A program made the translations under genes and the position numbers. A stretch of 62,787 nucleotides of DNA from a virus. Taxonomy: Duplodnaviria; Caudoviricetes. Below the pieces are notes generated by a model, which worked only from the letters and a program-made list of their open reading frames with translations, ran no database searches and was not told where the DNA came from. Positions 26,933-36,419 of this stretch are shown piece by piece. The stretch covers positions 1 through 62,787 of the IMG/VR virus record IMGVR_UViG_3300028423_000849; one strand, written 5' to 3'. Every line of letters starts with the position of its first letter. The first letter of the stretch is position 1.

Positions 26933-27268
26933 GTGGGAGAAGATACGCCGAAAATTCTTATTGTGGGGGTAGGACAAAAAGGAGAATCTAGCACAGTAAA
27001 TGACATCATCAGTACTGTAGAACCCACACAGATCCCTTGCTCGTTGTTGGAAAACCTATATGTTACGCTCACTGATGGCACCAAGTACAGAGTTGAAAAA
27101 ACCTACTTGGGTGAAGGCATCGATTATAAAAATATAGAACAGAGTCTAAGCAACCTGGGTATTCGCAAAGACGTCAAGCTCATTGAGATTGTAATTGACC
27201 TTGATGCAGCACACAAACTGTTTAGCCGCCACAGTGCCGATATTCTTGATCCCATATTTGAGGAATAA
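26933..27268 (+). CDS. hypothetical protein
   Basis: RBS AAGGAG, GTG start; ATAAATA at 26901-26907. Confidence 0.7.
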   Translation: MGEDTPKILIVGVGQKGESSTVNDIISTVEPTQIPCSLLENLYVTLTDGTKYRVEKTYLGEGIDYKNIEQSLSNLGIRKDVKLIEIVIDLDAAHKLFSRHSADILDPIFEE

Positions 27269-27521
27269 CATCTCTGCACCTATCAAACAAGTAGAGCTAT
27301 CTGAGACTTCTCATCTTGCATGGAAGGGGCGTGTTACTGTGCATTGGCAGAACCGTAGAAATAAAAAAGAGAAAGGTCGCTACTTGGAGAAATCCATGCA
27401 AGAACTCACTGGTATATCACGCAAGGACTGGAATTTCAGACACGACTTGAATTTTGGTGCCAGCTACATGTATTTTCGCAACAGAGAAGACGCAGTTAGT
27501 TTTTACTTCTATCACAGTTGA
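27195..27521 (+). CDS. hypothetical protein (start uncertain, possibly TTG 27258)
   Basis: Last plus-strand ORF; its stop abuts the convergent gene's stop. Confidence 0.5.
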   Translation: MTLMQHTNCLAATVPIFLIPYLRNNISAPIKQVELSETSHLAWKGRVTVHWQNRRNKKEKGRYLEKSMQELTGISRKDWNFRHDLNFGASYMYFRNREDAVSFYFYHS

Positions 27522-28205
27522 TTATTTGAATCCAATCTGCATATATCGGGTGTAGATGGGCAATTCTAGTTTGCCTTCAAATAACACTTCACTCATTGGA
27601 TACCTTTCACGCATCTCTGCTCTACTTGCGCACACATTGGTGTGCCCGTCGAAGTGTTCACTGTTGTTGGTCTGCATGATCACAAGTTGGTCCTCTGCTA
27701 CACTGTCAAACCATTCTGTGCTCATGTGTTCACTGCTGGTGTTAATAACAACATCGGGCGTGACTTCTATGAGTTCGCCACTGGTTTGAAACTGCATAAA
27801 TGCACAGTCGAGCATGTTTACGTCTGCTACTACGCCCTTGTAAAGCCAATCTTGTTGTACTAGCCTTTGATTGAACTTTTCGCTGAGTTCAATGGCACGA
27901 GGATCTTGATCAAATCCATATACTTTGTTTATGCGTGGAGTTAGGTCGATCAGTGGCTCTACCAGTGTGCCAATCCAACAACCCAGTATAGCCACAGTAA
28001 GATTCGACTTTGACAGTCCTACAGCATCGGCATGCTGAAGTAACCATGCTTTGCTGGCCAGCTGACCTAGGCTAAATGCATCTCTGGGGTATTCAGGTTT
28101 GCTTGCTCTCTCAAGATAGCTGGGCCGGATCCACATTCCGCTTTCTGTGTCTAGCCACTGCTCGACCTGCTGCCAATCACTTAATGTTGTGCTGATATTC
28201 ATCAT
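27522..28205 (-). CDS. class I SAM-dependent methyltransferase-like protein
   Basis: VAILGCWIG, GFDQD, ADVN, VINTSSEHM; RBS AAGGAG. Confidence 0.7.
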   Translation of the reverse strand: MMNISTTLSDWQQVEQWLDTESGMWIRPSYLERASKPEYPRDAFSLGQLASKAWLLQHADAVGLSKSNLTVAILGCWIGTLVEPLIDLTPRINKVYGFDQDPRAIELSEKFNQRLVQQDWLYKGVVADVNMLDCAFMQFQTSGELIEVTPDVVINTSSEHMSTEWFDSVAEDQLVIMQTNNSEHFDGHTNVCASRAEMRERYPMSEVLFEGKLELPIYTRYMQIGFK

Positions 28206-31200
28206 ACTGCTCCTTGAGCCACTCATAGTCATTGATTTTGGCTAACCTCATGGGTTTGTTAGCATTGGCTTCGGCATAGTCGATGCCTGCTTGAGCGCCT
28301 GCTTTGGCTTCTTCTCTGTAATCCACCCCCGGTATAGGAAACAGCCAGCTCTGCAATCTCACACGTGAATCTTCATCGTCTTTCATGCTGAGTTTCACAC
28401 ACTCTCTGAATGCACTGCGCCATGTGCTGAAGCCGTCGGTGTTAAACTTAGTGGTACAGCTGATTTCGGGCATGGCTTTGAATCTACTGCTAAGGCCTGT
28501 GGTAAAGTCTAGACCCCAGCTGGTAGCATCACGAACCTGCTCGGTGTTAAACAGCTTTATGCCTCCGTAGCCATACTCGTGACCTGTGAGAGGATTTCGC
28601 GCATTCCACACGTGTGTAACTTCTTGATCATATACATCAGGAATATAGCTAAAGTCAAAGTCTTCGGAAACCTCGGCATCAGCATCTACGACCCAAAACA
28701 TAGTGCTCTGTACCTGCATAGCTGCTTGTTTGTGCGCTTCGAATATGCCTTCTACATCTTTGATCCAATGCGTATCAAAACGCTGTGTAAGACGTTTGTA
28801 TGCAGTCTCAGCCCCTGGTTCGTGATAGCTGATAAACACAATTTCATAGGATTTATATGTGCAACCTGGTGTTTGCATGTACTGCAGCTGTTTGAAACGG
28901 TTCAATCTGAGGTCGTCGCTGGTGGTTTCGGAGTAGTCTCTGTGAGTGGGCCACAGTCGAAGTCCGCCATAGCCGTGCACTTTCTCTGTGGTAGGGTTAA
29001 TCTTCTGCCACACATGAATTTTGTTGATGTTTGTGATCTCAGGCACAAAACCAGACTTTACAACCTGTTTCTGTTCTTCCACGTCTGGATCCACTGTCCA
29101 CATATAGTCATAGCCCTGCTGTTTGTATTCTTGTATTTTTTCCAAGAATTCGTCTCTCTTGAATTCAGTGATATGATAGATGGGCCATTCCTGCGTGGTG
29201 CTGGCAACAGTGTTTATCAATTTGAGATTGGGGAAACTGTTGTTGTTGATTTCTTTGGTAGTGTACTCGTGGCCTTGTGCATAAGTGCCCTTGGGATACA
29301 GTCTCACCCCTGTGTAGACATCTGCTGATGTGGAAAACACATGCACATTGTTTGCATCCCACTGAGTAGGATAGTAGTCGAAATCAAAATCTTCGTCGAG
29401 TTTCACAAAAGGGTCAACTACCCAATACATGTCTACGTCTGTGCTTGCTTCAAACTTTTCTAACTGTGCTACAATATCTTCTCTGTTATCCAAGTAATAG
29501 GTAGGATATGTTTTGTGTACACTGGCCGGCTCTCTGATATACTTGGGCCTCCCTTTGGTCTTGGGCTCTCGTGGACACAGCATCACACCGCCATAGTCAT
29601 ATTGCCTCTGAGTTTTTGGATTCAGTTTCTGCCACACATGTGTTTTGCCCTCGTCCCACACTTCTGGCACATAGTTGAAACTGAAGTCATCCATAACGTC
29701 AACATTGGGGTCTACCACCCAGAACCAGGCCTGTGATGTTTTTTCTCTGCCTTCTTCTTGACTGTGAAATACCTCATACTCTACTCTGCTGTTTCTCAGC
29801 TCGCCTCTGTGCACCACAGGCGCTTCTTTGGGATTAGATCTGGGCACCAAGTAGATGCCGCCTTCCTTGTCCGGGTATTTTTCTGTGAGTTGACCACTGA
29901 GCTTGAAGTTGATAATGTTGGTCTGTTCATCAAAGTCAGGCACATAATCCAGTTGATCAATGCGGTATCCCGAGTCTACCATCCAGAACATTTTTGTTCT
30001 GCTCTTCTTGGCATAGGTTTCAAACTGTGTGACATTGTTGGTGCGAAACACATCATATTTCAGAGGTGTTACACCTGCATGATACTTTTGCTTGGTTATG
30101 TCAAAGTCTCGATGTACCAGTCGAATACCTCCGCATCTTGAATCATATGGCTCTGTGATATTTTCTGGATAGCGAAAGTCTAGATGTCCGGGCAACTTGA
30201 ACACATGTATGTATTCCTGTTCGTGTTTGGCCGGCACATATAACAGTTTGCCATTGAAGCGAAAGTTTCTGTCAACCATCCAAAACCACTCGGTGCGGCT
30301 ACGCTGTGCATATTCTGTGTATGTGTCAGCAGTGAATTCATCGCTGTCAATGTAGAATACATCATAGTTGATGTCTTCAATGGGGCAATCTTGATGCACT
30401 TTGAGATCTGCATTTTTCCACTTTTTGGGAACAAGTCGAATACCGCCCATGGCTTTTGGATATTTCTCAGTGAGTTGGTTGGGCATGCGAAAACTGTGTA
30501 TCATCTGATCCTCAAACGGATTAGGCACCCAGTCTAGTGTGTTTGACTGCAGTTGATATTCTCTGTCAACAATCCACACATACTCTTCTGAGTACACATC
30601 ACGCTGAGTGTAGTCATCAACATCCTCACACCATATCACTGGGTATTCAACACCAGCATCCAAAAAACCATGATACTTGATATTAGCATCTTGCCACTCT
30701 CTGGGGTATAGCTTGATGCCGCCTTCCAGTTCCGGGTACTTGTGCTCCAGTTGATTTCTCAGATGAAAACTGTGTATGTACTTGGGCTCAAAGTTATCTG
30801 GTGCCCAGTCAATGTGATCGTTGAGTTTGTATTCTGGGTCCACACACCACACATGTGTGGCATAGGGATTGCGATCAAAGTATTTGCCCGGTGTCTTGGT
30901 GTTTACTATGTCAAAGCGTTTGCGGCACACAATGCGATTTACTTCTTTGATGCCTTGACTTTCACTGCGAGGCATGAGTTTGATGCCTCCATAGTTGTTG
31001 TTGTCCCATTTCCAAATATGTGTGTAGACTTGATCGTGATCAGGTGGGCGATACTCCAGCACGTCGTAGTTTAGCAATTCAACGTTGGGTTCGATAAGCC
31101 AGAACATTTTGGTGTTGGCTTCTACTTCTCTTTCACTGTCAATCCTCTGAGCAAAAGGTATATGCTCGCACAAGCTGGAATTTTCCCCTATATAGTATAC

Positions 31201-31218
31201 ATCAAACAATGTGTTCAC
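28177..31218 (-). CDS. 1013-aa protein of nine tandem GT-A-like modules
   Basis: Repeated W-x-V-D...Y/W-x-P...H-x-W/F...GG-x-x-L-x-P units; the last has VDAD and AFRECVKL. Confidence 0.8.
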   Translation of the reverse strand: MNTLFDVYYIGENSSLCEHIPFAQRIDSEREVEANTKMFWLIEPNVELLNYDVLEYRPPDHDQVYTHIWKWDNNNYGGIKLMPRSESQGIKEVNRIVCRKRFDIVNTKTPGKYFDRNPYATHVWCVDPEYKLNDHIDWAPDNFEPKYIHSFHLRNQLEHKYPELEGGIKLYPREWQDANIKYHGFLDAGVEYPVIWCEDVDDYTQRDVYSEEYVWIVDREYQLQSNTLDWVPNPFEDQMIHSFRMPNQLTEKYPKAMGGIRLVPKKWKNADLKVHQDCPIEDINYDVFYIDSDEFTADTYTEYAQRSRTEWFWMVDRNFRFNGKLLYVPAKHEQEYIHVFKLPGHLDFRYPENITEPYDSRCGGIRLVHRDFDITKQKYHAGVTPLKYDVFRTNNVTQFETYAKKSRTKMFWMVDSGYRIDQLDYVPDFDEQTNIINFKLSGQLTEKYPDKEGGIYLVPRSNPKEAPVVHRGELRNSRVEYEVFHSQEEGREKTSQAWFWVVDPNVDVMDDFSFNYVPEVWDEGKTHVWQKLNPKTQRQYDYGGVMLCPREPKTKGRPKYIREPASVHKTYPTYYLDNREDIVAQLEKFEASTDVDMYWVVDPFVKLDEDFDFDYYPTQWDANNVHVFSTSADVYTGVRLYPKGTYAQGHEYTTKEINNNSFPNLKLINTVASTTQEWPIYHITEFKRDEFLEKIQEYKQQGYDYMWTVDPDVEEQKQVVKSGFVPEITNINKIHVWQKINPTTEKVHGYGGLRLWPTHRDYSETTSDDLRLNRFKQLQYMQTPGCTYKSYEIVFISYHEPGAETAYKRLTQRFDTHWIKDVEGIFEAHKQAAMQVQSTMFWVVDADAEVSEDFDFSYIPDVYDQEVTHVWNARNPLTGHEYGYGGIKLFNTEQVRDATSWGLDFTTGLSSRFKAMPEISCTTKFNTDGFSTWRSAFRECVKLSMKDDEDSRVRLQSWLFPIPGVDYREEAKAGAQAGIDYAEANANKPMRLAKINDYEWLKEQYDEYQHNIK

Positions 31219-32732
31219 CTCTGATCATCTGTGTGTACTTTAACACCATAGTGTTCTGCAAAAGCATGTGCATCTAACTCGTCATTCACAATGGGCTGAC
31301 CTTTGATGTTGAGACTGGTATTTACCAGCATAGGACAGCCTGACTGTTTTTCAAATTCTGTGAGCAGTTTGAACAAGCCCGGATGCTGAGTTTGGTTCAC
31401 TGTTTGCACACGACTGGTACCATCGTGGTGTATGATAGCAGGAAACTCTTCGGGTCGTTTGCACTTGGCCACAAACTGCATGTAGGGACTAGCGCCTTTG
31501 CTGGGCATTTCAAAATACTCCTGTGCACGGTGCTCCAAAATCACAGGAGCAAACGGACGAAATTTTTGTCGAAACTTGATTTCGTTCATGCGATCCTTTA
31601 TGTGATCGCCTCTGGGATCAGCACACAAGCTACGATTGCCCAATGCTCTAGGACCAAATTCTGCTCTCCCGTTGGCTATACCAAAAATTTCATTGCGCGC
31701 CAGACTCTGTAGACATTTTTTCACAGGATAGGTGCCCGGGATATCTGTGCCCAAGTAAGGGCCTTGCCACTGTACAGGATTCCCAGTTAGATTATAATAG
31801 TCTAATGCTGCTGCACCCAGACTGCTGCCAGCATCGCCAGGATTAGGCATGATGTGCACATCATCGTAGAGCCCAAACAATCTGCTGTTTGCCACACAGT
31901 TCAGTGCAACGCCGCCCATAAACACAAGATTGCGATGTCCTGTGAGTGTGCGTGCATATCGAGCATATTCGTAGATGCGTTTTTCTACTATATTTTGTGC
32001 CGCCATGGCCAGATCAAAGTGATCAGCATCAGTGAATATGCCCCGAGGGATGCCGCGTTGTAGGTTACGTTTCATGTCAATGGCACGATACCCCGACTGC
32101 CAGCCATAGCTGACGTCAAAGAATCTGTCTTCCATAATTTCTTCGAGCTCACGAGCACGTTCTGGGTCGCCATAGGCTGCCATTCCCATCAGTATGTACT
32201 CGTCTTCCATGGGTTTGAGTCCTACGTGTGCTGTGACAGCACTGTAGAACAGTCCTAGGCTGCTGGGAAAACGCACACTGTGCAGTTTTTTTAGCTCACC
32301 GTCTTGCCAGTTCCAAATAGAAGCAGTGTCCCACTCACCAATAGCATCTATTACCATCACTGCTGCACTGTCAAGAGTCGACGTTAGCACACCTGCAGCA
32401 GCATGTGTTTGGTGATGCCAGTAGCTTTGCTGTGGCACTTCGCAGAGCTTGGGATAGAACTTCTTCATCCACTGTTGCTGTGATGGTTCTCTGAGTGCAC
32501 GCCAATTGCCACCTCGCATTTGTCTCAGCAGCTTTGCCCAGTGTTTCTCATGATATACAATGCGATCTGGTACACCATAGAACAGTGCATCAGATATCAA
32601 CATAGGATTAACAAAGGCATCGTTTTTGTGCTTGCTGTATCTTTCTGCGTGTCCTGCAAAAACAATTTTGCCGTTGTCTATCATTGTAACAGCAGCGTCA
32701 TGAAACATGCTGCTAATACCCATTATTCTCAT
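31215..32732 (-). CDS. O-carbamoyltransferase (NodU/CmcH/TobZ family)
   Basis: HDAA, ERYSKHKND, HHQTHAA, DAIGE, GGVALNC, EFGPRALGNRS, FRPFAP, NTSLN. Confidence 0.95.
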   Translation of the reverse strand: MRIMGISSMFHDAAVTMIDNGKIVFAGHAERYSKHKNDAFVNPMLISDALFYGVPDRIVYHEKHWAKLLRQMRGGNWRALREPSQQQWMKKFYPKLCEVPQQSYWHHQTHAAAGVLTSTLDSAAVMVIDAIGEWDTASIWNWQDGELKKLHSVRFPSSLGLFYSAVTAHVGLKPMEDEYILMGMAAYGDPERARELEEIMEDRFFDVSYGWQSGYRAIDMKRNLQRGIPRGIFTDADHFDLAMAAQNIVEKRIYEYARYARTLTGHRNLVFMGGVALNCVANSRLFGLYDDVHIMPNPGDAGSSLGAAALDYYNLTGNPVQWQGPYLGTDIPGTYPVKKCLQSLARNEIFGIANGRAEFGPRALGNRSLCADPRGDHIKDRMNEIKFRQKFRPFAPVILEHRAQEYFEMPSKGASPYMQFVAKCKRPEEFPAIIHHDGTSRVQTVNQTQHPGLFKLLTEFEKQSGCPMLVNTSLNIKGQPIVNDELDAHAFAEHYGVKVHTDDQR

Positions 32733-32747
32733 TGTGTGTCCTCTGTG

Positions 32748-32909
32748 TTAGTCGCCAAACAATCTGTGTGGCAGTTCTGTGATTATCTGTTCACGCTGTT
32801 GATCTGTGTAGGTTCGCCAGTGTGAGATTTCTGTGCCTGTGCGTCCGCATCCATTGCAGAATCCTGTGACAGGATTCATCTCACAGATGTTGATGCACGG
32901 CGATTTCAT
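32748..32909 (-). CDS. DUF1289-family Cys-rich protein (not in ORF track)
   Basis: MKSPCINICEMNPVTGFCNGCGRTGTEISHW...; 53 aa. Confidence 0.8.
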   Translation of the reverse strand: MKSPCINICEMNPVTGFCNGCGRTGTEISHWRTYTDQQREQIITELPHRLFGD

Positions 32910-33976
32910 CAACGATAGATAAATGGGTCTCGTTTGCGCAATTCTTCAATGCGGCGTTTGAGTTCTGCTTCTTGCTCTTCTTTTTCTGTGCCACTGGGGG
33001 GATTGCGATCAGTGCCCAGTGAGCCTTCGTGTGCTTCTTCGTTGTTATTGTTGTCATCTGACATAGCATTCTCCTTGTTGAGTATTTTGTAAAGTATATC
33101 AAATATTTTATGTTCAATTTGATCATCGCTGCAGTATCTGCGATTTCTTGACTGTTTGGGTATATTGAGTTTTCCATTGTTAAAATAGGGAATTATTTCA
33201 TTGTGCACAATATCGGCAATACAAGCATGATTTTTTATGCCGTGATGCGTGAGGTCTCTGGCAAAGTCAAGTTCATAATTATAGTGTTCGATGTCGATGT
33301 CTCTGGGTATTTCCAGAACATCAAAGTCGGCCAAAGGCTCTTCGCCGTCTGTGCTGAAAGTCCAGTGGTACACAGGAATACCTATGCTGTTCCACAACAA
33401 CGTAACTATATTTGTGTGCATGCTGGATTGAAACAGTGTGCTGATGTCAAAATTCTCAAATTCTTCAATTTCTGTGTAACGATCAATTTGGTCTTTGACA
33501 CGCACGCAAATATCGTGGTGATTATCGTGCTCCACAATTTCAGCATGCACTTTTCTTGCGCGTTCAGGATGCTGTATAATCACAAACTCGGGGCGCGGAA
33601 GGTTATTGTGAATATACAAATAGCTATTATAAAGAATAAATTGCAGACCTTGACCGGCTGCGCCAAGATTCAGAACATCAAGATCCATTGACCTTGATAA
33701 CACATTGCACCAGATGTTGTCCTCGGGCAAACCAGTGCCTTCGGTGTGACTACAGCCCATTGCAATGAAAAACTTTTCGTTGAGTTCTGTGAATTCTTTG
33801 GTGCGATATCCCAGAGAGTTGTATGTGTAACTTACGTTGGCACTGTGGTAAAACTCATCAACTTGACTCTTGTTTCTGAGATATTCTTCTTTTTCGTGCT
33901 CACTGAGCCATTCGCCAGAGAAGTTCATCAGCATGTCTCTGTGTATAATTGAATCGGCTCGGTGATTGTAGTGCAT
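32909..33976 (-). CDS. SGNH-hydrolase-like protein with in-frame C-terminal PFIY peptide
   Basis: NSLGYR, MGCSHTEG, NLGAAG, RDLTHHG; internal RBS and ATG at 33064. Confidence 0.7.
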   Translation of the reverse strand: MHYNHRADSIIHRDMLMNFSGEWLSEHEKEEYLRNKSQVDEFYHSANVSYTYNSLGYRTKEFTELNEKFFIAMGCSHTEGTGLPEDNIWCNVLSRSMDLDVLNLGAAGQGLQFILYNSYLYIHNNLPRPEFVIIQHPERARKVHAEIVEHDNHHDICVRVKDQIDRYTEIEEFENFDISTLFQSSMHTNIVTLLWNSIGIPVYHWTFSTDGEEPLADFDVLEIPRDIDIEHYNYELDFARDLTHHGIKNHACIADIVHNEIIPYFNNGKLNIPKQSRNRRYCSDDQIEHKIFDILYKILNKENAMSDDNNNNEEAHEGSLGTDRNPPSGTEKEEQEAELKRRIEELRKRDPFIYR

Positions 33977-34092
33977 AATGCTCTATTTATCTGCTGTTTT
34001 TACTACAGCACAGTGTTTGTGATTTTTTCATGTTGTTCTAGTGTCTGATGTGCAGACGCATAAATATATGTTTATTACCAATATTCACGTCT

Positions 34093-34689
34093 ATGAGCTT
34101 TTCTACTGTGTCACAATTTGAAACTGTGGTTGCTGATTTCTTTGGTGCGCCATATGCTGTGGCTGTTGACTGTTGCACTCACGGAATTGAATTGTGCTTG
34201 AGATTACAACAATCAGACAATGTGAGCTGCCCCAAACACACATATCCCAGTGTGCCATTTGTGTTTGAAAAATTAAACCTGCAGTGGCATTTCCGTGATC
34301 TCAAGTGGCAGGACTATTATCGCATAGGCAACACAAATATTTTTGATGCGGCAGTTCTCTGGAGAGAACACAGTTACATGCCCGGCACACAGATGTGTTT
34401 GAGTTTTCAATTCAAAAAACATCTCAGTCTTGGCAGAGGCGGCATGATTTTACTGGATGACCAGCAGTCATGCAGACAATTAAAAAAGATGCGCTATGAC
34501 GGCAGAGACGATGACCTGCCATGGGTACAACAAAACATTGACACAGTGGGGTATCACTATTACATGACCCCGGAAACTGCTCAGCGTGGTCTAGATCTTT
34601 TTGCCAATGCATGTGCCACAGAGCCTCCTAGATGGGACGACAGCTGCTACCCCGATCTCAGCACAATGAAAGTGTTCAATGATGTCTAA
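34093..34689 (+). CDS. short DegT/DnrJ/StrS-family PLP aminotransferase
   Basis: AVAVDCCTHGI, FDAA, LSFQFKKHLSLGRGG (PLP lysine), GYHYYM. Confidence 0.85.
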   Translation: MSFSTVSQFETVVADFFGAPYAVAVDCCTHGIELCLRLQQSDNVSCPKHTYPSVPFVFEKLNLQWHFRDLKWQDYYRIGNTNIFDAAVLWREHSYMPGTQMCLSFQFKKHLSLGRGGMILLDDQQSCRQLKKMRYDGRDDDLPWVQQNIDTVGYHYYMTPETAQRGLDLFANACATEPPRWDDSCYPDLSTMKVFNDV

Positions 34690-35692
34690 GAAAAAACACA
34701 TAATTCTTCCTTACAAGGACTTCAGCAGTCTCAGGCACTTGCTTGCATATGTCATGAAACAAAAAAATGCATACATAGTAGTTATGCAGCCACAGGAATT
34801 TGCTCCTTTAGTTGAATCACTATGGCGTTTTGACAGATTTGTTTCGTACATCGGAGAGATAATCAAGGAAAACAATCTCGATGTAGAAATATGGATTGGC
34901 ACATTTGAGTCCGATCCGTTTTCATGGCTCAATGACATTGGTATCACAATCAAAACATGGCCAATGTACTGGGCTTTTCACACAGAGGGTTCTACCAATT
35001 ATAGCACCTATGATCCCAATGCAACAGTGGACAGACTGTTTGTGAGTTTGAACTGTCGCTGTCATCCGCACAGAAGTTTTCTCATAGACAGTGTTTTCCA
35101 GAGAGGCCTACAGGACGTGGGCTATATCTCATGGCACAATGTTAATAGACATGTCGAGCTTGAGCACTTTGATGGCGCGGAAATGACCCTAACTGAACCC
35201 GAAAATGACATTCCGGACCACGATTTTTTTCAGCACGCACCTCCCTATGAATACTGTCGTGCGGCCTTTGCACTAATTTCTGAGACATCCGTGGAACAGC
35301 TGGATATCAGTGAAAAGACATTCACTGCTATACTTTATAAGATGCCTTTTATCTTACAGGCTACTCCTGGAATACACAAAATACTGGAGGACTATGGCTT
35401 TAGATTATACACTGAGCTCTTTGACTATGAGTTTGACAGCGTAAAAGATACTTATATGCGCACAAACATGATACTGGATCAAGTAGAACAGTATAGAAAC
35501 AGTGACTATGGCAAACTAAAGCAACTTGCTGCTGAGACAGCACAGCACAATTACGATCGTCTCATGGATATTGTCTATGACAAAGATCACAGATATGTGC
35601 CCAAAGAAATTATCAAACACTTTCCCAGAGCCGGACTAACTTTGCCCGGTAATCTCACCGAGCGACTGGGCTTTGATGTTAACCATCAATGA
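34679..35692 (+). CDS. putative glycosyltransferase, SEK(T/I/A) family (GT10-like), copy 1
   Basis: FVSLN...HR, ISET...ISEKTF...PFI, L..YGF..Y..LFD..FD. Confidence 0.55.
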   Translation: MMSKKKHIILPYKDFSSLRHLLAYVMKQKNAYIVVMQPQEFAPLVESLWRFDRFVSYIGEIIKENNLDVEIWIGTFESDPFSWLNDIGITIKTWPMYWAFHTEGSTNYSTYDPNATVDRLFVSLNCRCHPHRSFLIDSVFQRGLQDVGYISWHNVNRHVELEHFDGAEMTLTEPENDIPDHDFFQHAPPYEYCRAAFALISETSVEQLDISEKTFTAILYKMPFILQATPGIHKILEDYGFRLYTELFDYEFDSVKDTYMRTNMILDQVEQYRNSDYGKLKQLAAETAQHNYDRLMDIVYDKDHRYVPKEIIKHFPRAGLTLPGNLTERLGFDVNHQ

Positions 35693-36419
35693 ATTCGTTT
35701 AGGCGTTCTGCTTGCAAACGATGTGGCTCTTCGCCTAGGTGCCAATAGCGTGCATTGGGATTTTCATAGCCCTGATTTCTATAGTGCCAGTAAAACACCT
35801 GGTCGCCATCTAGCATCTTGAAATATTTTCTACGGTCCACAAGATTGAAATAGAAAGTTAGATATTTGTTGGGCACAGTGAACATGTGCATGGTGTTGCA
35901 CATCACATAGTCAATGTTGTGCATGCCAAAAAAGTATTGCAGTTGTAGCACTGCATTCACAGATATCATTTCAAGCATAGTAGGATGTTTTACTTGAAAC
36001 TCGTGCCAGTAGGGTATTAGTTGTTTTTCAACATCGTTGTTGCCGTGCCAGCCTGAATTGATTTGTAAAAATTCACTGGTGTGTTCACAGTAGAAATCAA
36101 CAGCGGGGTTGTTGGATTGATAGTCAACCACAAATGGCGAAGGAAAATCTATCCTAGTACTCTCTGTCCAGCCAACACACACAAATACCTCCATGCTGTC
36201 TGGATCATAGTTCTTGGCAAACCAATCAAGGATGCCTCTTGCTATGGCAGGATTACTCTGACTGCCCAGTGCAATATTCACAGGTGTATAACCACGAATC
36301 TCAGCCAGTTGATTTCCAAAACTCTTGGAACGATTGTATTTGCTGTCGTCGGTTCCGTCAATTTCATAGCCAGCAGTGTGACTGCAGCCATTGACTAGCA
36401 TAATTTTTTGTTTACTCAT
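35679..36419 (-). CDS. SGNH-hydrolase-like protein
   Basis: NGCSHTAG, NIALGSQSN, GWT...R, late H. Confidence 0.65.
   Translation of the reverse strand: MSKQKIMLVNGCSHTAGYEIDGTDDSKYNRSKSFGNQLAEIRGYTPVNIALGSQSNPAIARGILDWFAKNYDPDSMEVFVCVGWTESTRIDFPSPFVVDYQSNNPAVDFYCEHTSEFLQINSGWHGNNDVEKQLIPYWHEFQVKHPTMLEMISVNAVLQLQYFFGMHNIDYVMCNTMHMFTVPNKYLTFYFNLVDRRKYFKMLDGDQVFYWHYRNQGYENPNARYWHLGEEPHRLQAERLNEFIDG

Noticed and set aside
27519-27524. Replication terminus or att site at the strand switch
   Set aside because: Only abutting convergent stop codons; no repeat or dif-like site recognised
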